Under the pieces are notes generated by a model, which ran no database searches, was not told the origin of the DNA, and worked only from the letters and a program-made list of their open reading frames with translations. Below, piece by piece: positions 57,611 to 60,018 of a stretch of DNA of 60,018 bases. Source of the stretch: a virus (taxonomy: Duplodnaviria; Caudoviricetes); IMG/VR virus record IMGVR_UViG_3300022538_000807, positions 1 through 60,018 of that record; one strand, given 5' to 3'. A program made the position numbers and the translations under genes. Positions within the stretch are counted from its first letter, which is position 1; every line of letters begins with the position of its first letter.

Positions 57611-58051
57611 TTAGAAGGGCACAGAATCGTCTTCATCTTCATCTTTCTTGTTATTCTCAGGTTCAGGCACATCATCTTCAACATCTGGAACAGCAATATT
57701 AGCAATCCTTGCCCATTTCTTTGTGGGGTCGTTTTTATCCGGTTCATGGATAATACTGGCTTCAAAACTTTGTCCTATAACATCAACATCGTCAAGATGA
57801 ACCTCATCTTTCTCATCTGGTTTTCCACCCAAGGCAAGGAGGACATCACGATAGCGATCATCCCAGGGGACAAGTGATTCTGTATGGAATCGTACATTTC
57901 CGTTCTCGTCTTCTGCTCTAAAAAAAAATGTTACAGCGATAAAATCCTTAACTCCACCAGTTTTTCGCCTCTTCTCCGGCTCTTTGCTAAGGGTAAAAGT
58001 ATAACGTCCTTCTGCCAATCGTTGTGGCTGATAAGGTGGTAAATCTGTCAT
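57611..58051 (-). CDS. SSB-like OB-fold protein
   Basis: LAEGRYTF start; acidic tail DEDEDDSVPF; follows the AAA ATPase. Confidence 0.7.
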   Translation of the reverse strand: MTDLPPYQPQRLAEGRYTFTLSKEPEKRRKTGGVKDFIAVTFFFRAEDENGNVRFHTESLVPWDDRYRDVLLALGGKPDEKDEVHLDDVDVIGQSFEASIIHEPDKNDPTKKWARIANIAVPDVEDDVPEPENNKKDEDEDDSVPF

Positions 58052-58054
58052 TTT

Positions 58055-58201
58055 TTATTCTCCTTTTTTTATTTTAATCCAACCAGTTCCCCCACATGAG
58101 TAACAACGAACCTTTTGAGGATGGATTAAATGGTGTTGATTTGGAAGAGAGACTCTTCCCTCCCCATTACATGCTGAACATTTCTTCTGTTCTTCTTTCA
58201 C
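58055..58201 (-). CDS. 48-aa DnaJ-type zinc-finger protein
   Basis: Hand translation contains CSACNGEG...CYSCGGTG. Confidence 0.6.
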   Translation of the reverse strand: MKEEQKKCSACNGEGRVSLPNQHHLIHPQKVRCYSCGGTGWIKIKKGE

Positions 58202-59256
58202 TTCTCCTCCTTTTCCTCTGGTTTCTTTTCGCTTTTTACCATAAGAAGCTCCAATCCAATCTCAAGTTCCTGCAATTTCTTCCCCTCAACTTCTGTCCAA
58301 GAGCGGGTGTCGAAAATCTCCTTCAAAAGATTGGAACGTGAAGTTTTGTCCTCTGAACTTTGGCGTGGGAAAAGGACATAAAGCTCTTCCCTGATTTTTT
58401 CTAGTAGAATACTGTGTCGCCTGTGAAGTTCATAACCGTTATTTTTATTCTTAAAAAGTTCATCTGAGGTTCTATCCGTGTCTATAGCTCGATGCTTTTT
58501 ACCTAAACTCAGAAGTTCAACATGAGGAAGAAAGTCTTTAAATCCAGGATTATCAAAATGCTTGCCTTCCAATTTAGATTGCACGTTCCACCTATCTTTA
58601 ATTACCCACGCTCTATGAGTCCACCCACTCCCAATTTTGGGTGATTTATGAATCTGCTCAAGTTCAACAAGCAAATTGGGTTCATATTGAATTTCCGTTT
58701 CACTCCGCATTTTAGTACCCACTTTCTTAACCTCTTTTACACCCGCTTCATCAATAACATCTTCCCATTTGTCAGCAGAACGACCAGCCATTATTATATG
58801 AAGACTAGAGTTTATGAATTTGGTAGTAAGCTGTCGCCACGTCTGCTTGATTGCCGGCCAATGACTGATTGTGATTCTGGAAATCTTCTTCTCTCTACAA
58901 TAGCTTTCTGTCATTTCGTTCCAAATGTGTGTCAGGCTATCAATTATAAGCACGGCACATTCTTTTTCGGCTTCATCAATAATGTCTAGGCAGTCTTTAA
59001 ATGCCCTGGTTTTTGCCACTACCAAACCAATTTTAGCTTCCTTGAACGTTGGAATCATGAAGTCGCTTCCCGTCTCCGTGTCTAAAAATGCACATGCTTT
59101 TTTCGATTTAATAAGCTTATGAAGCCCGATGGCGATCAGCGTTGAAGTGTACGTCTTTCCCGATCCGGCCTCTCCATAGAAAGCCATTTTTAAAAAGCTT
59201 GTTTCATTTTTTGCTTTTTGCAAAAGTTTCATTTTTCCTCCTTTTTTCTCCACCAT
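58198..59256 (-). CDS. AAA_24 / Sak4-like recombination ATPase
   Basis: YGEAGSGKT, FLDTETGS, LIIDSLTHIW, IKDR. Confidence 0.85.
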   Translation of the reverse strand: MVEKKGGKMKLLQKAKNETSFLKMAFYGEAGSGKTYTSTLIAIGLHKLIKSKKACAFLDTETGSDFMIPTFKEAKIGLVVAKTRAFKDCLDIIDEAEKECAVLIIDSLTHIWNEMTESYCREKKISRITISHWPAIKQTWRQLTTKFINSSLHIIMAGRSADKWEDVIDEAGVKEVKKVGTKMRSETEIQYEPNLLVELEQIHKSPKIGSGWTHRAWVIKDRWNVQSKLEGKHFDNPGFKDFLPHVELLSLGKKHRAIDTDRTSDELFKNKNNGYELHRRHSILLEKIREELYVLFPRQSSEDKTSRSNLLKEIFDTRSWTEVEGKKLQELEIGLELLMVKSEKKPEEKEEK

Positions 59257-59432
59257 TCTTTGAGAATTTTTCTTAATTCACCTCCACATTTTCCACATAA
59301 ATCAAATTTTTCTCCAGGACGTGGATTATCAGTATCCCAACGGATTCCCCCAAGAATGTCTTCTCCTCCAATAGAATAATACTGGATTGCAGAAAATTTT
59401 CCACACCTATCGCACTTTATTGCCTTGCTCAT
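59229..59432 (-). CDS. Small zinc-binding protein
   Basis: CDRCGK...DLCGKC. Confidence 0.55.
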   Translation of the reverse strand: MSKAIKCDRCGKFSAIQYYSIGGEDILGGIRWDTDNPRPGEKFDLCGKCGGELRKILKEWWRKKEEK

Positions 59433-59686
59433 TTAATCCTCCTATATTCAAGTGAATATGATTGAGATTGGGGAAGAAGCCCTCCATCTAGCGTAAGTTC
59501 AAAAGACGGGTGATAAAAGTATGCTATAAATGTATCTGTTCCATAATTATAATGGGTTGATAGATATTCAGCATCATCGGGGATTGGGGTTCTAGTAATT
59601 TCTACTTTTCCCTTTTTTAAAATGATGTTCAAAAAGTCAGGAGTAAATTTTACTCCAAATATTTTTCTTTCTCGCTTTTTTCTCAT
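59429..59686 (-). CDS. Hypothetical protein
   Basis: 85 aa; overlaps the downstream ORF by 4 bp. Confidence 0.5.
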   Translation of the reverse strand: MRKKRERKIFGVKFTPDFLNIILKKGKVEITRTPIPDDAEYLSTHYNYGTDTFIAYFYHPSFELTLDGGLLPQSQSYSLEYRRIK

Positions 59687-59696
59687 TAACCTTCCC

Positions 59697-59990
59697 TTAT
59701 TCCTTCAATCGTTTTGATGAAACAACAATTTCGGGAAGATTGACTTTAAAAAAATCCACGATTTCTTCTTTTGATTCACATACCATTTTAGCAATTCCGG
59801 CTCGTACCATTTCTTTTCCGCTTTCGGCTTGACGAATACCTTTGTAAAAATTCAAAAAATTGATTATCAATTTACCGTCTATCTGCATCAAGTTCACTTT
59901 TGTAGCGTGAGGAGATTCCAAAATTTCTTTTAATTTGGTAAGGCTTAGTTCTAATAAACCTTCACACGTCTTCTCTCTTTTCTTATCCAT
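59697..59990 (-). CDS. Hypothetical protein spanning the circular junction
   Basis: GGAGG SD; its 5' end is duplicated at 1-113. Confidence 0.6.
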   Translation of the reverse strand: MDKKREKTCEGLLELSLTKLKEILESPHATKVNLMQIDGKLIINFLNFYKGIRQAESGKEMVRAGIAKMVCESKEEIVDFFKVNLPEIVVSSKRLKE

Positions 59991-60018
59991 TGATTGACCT
60001 CCTAATTTTAAATAGTAA
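59878..60018. repeat. Terminal direct repeat, copy 2
   Basis: Identical to 1-141. Confidence 0.95.

Noticed and set aside
565-59122. Plus-strand ORFs in the six-frame track
   Set aside because: They are antisense shadows of minus-strand genes with no recognisable motifs.
59878-60018. 141-bp terminal repeat as a biological DTR or att site
   Set aside because: It is exact, cuts through a gene and matches a typical k-mer overlap; best read as circular assembly.
1-60018. Stop-codon reassignment
   Set aside because: Core genes are full length in the standard bacterial code, all three stops end genes, and no suppressor tRNA is visible.

Overview
The window is an apparently complete, circularly assembled tailed-phage genome of about 59,877 bp; positions 1-141 repeat exactly at 59878-60018. 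Every credible gene is on the minus strand. Two sigma70-type promoters divide the circle: an early arm (from ~5240 leftward, wrapping through 60018 to ~52870) with small Zn-finger ORFs, a Lar-like protein, a DNA methylase, a Sak4-like ATPase, an SSB-like protein, a replication initiator, a resolvase and a ParB-like protein; and a late arm (~52770 to 5442) with lysis genes, terminase, HK97-type head, non-contractile tail, tape measure and tail tip. No integrase, repressor, intact tRNA or CRISPR array was recognised. Unusual features: (1) four consecutive signal-peptide-bearing genes after the capsid genes, two of them paralogs of the signal-less tail fibre and its partner; (2) two tandem HK97-fold capsid genes; (3) a diverged second tail-tube gene between terS and terL; (4) about 16 glycan-building or glycan-modifying genes interleaved in the morphogenesis operon; (5) a ~330-nt multi-helix non-coding element followed by a decayed HNH remnant, plus smaller structured or tRNA-like elements. 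All functional calls come from motifs and synteny read by eye; no database search or folding program was run.
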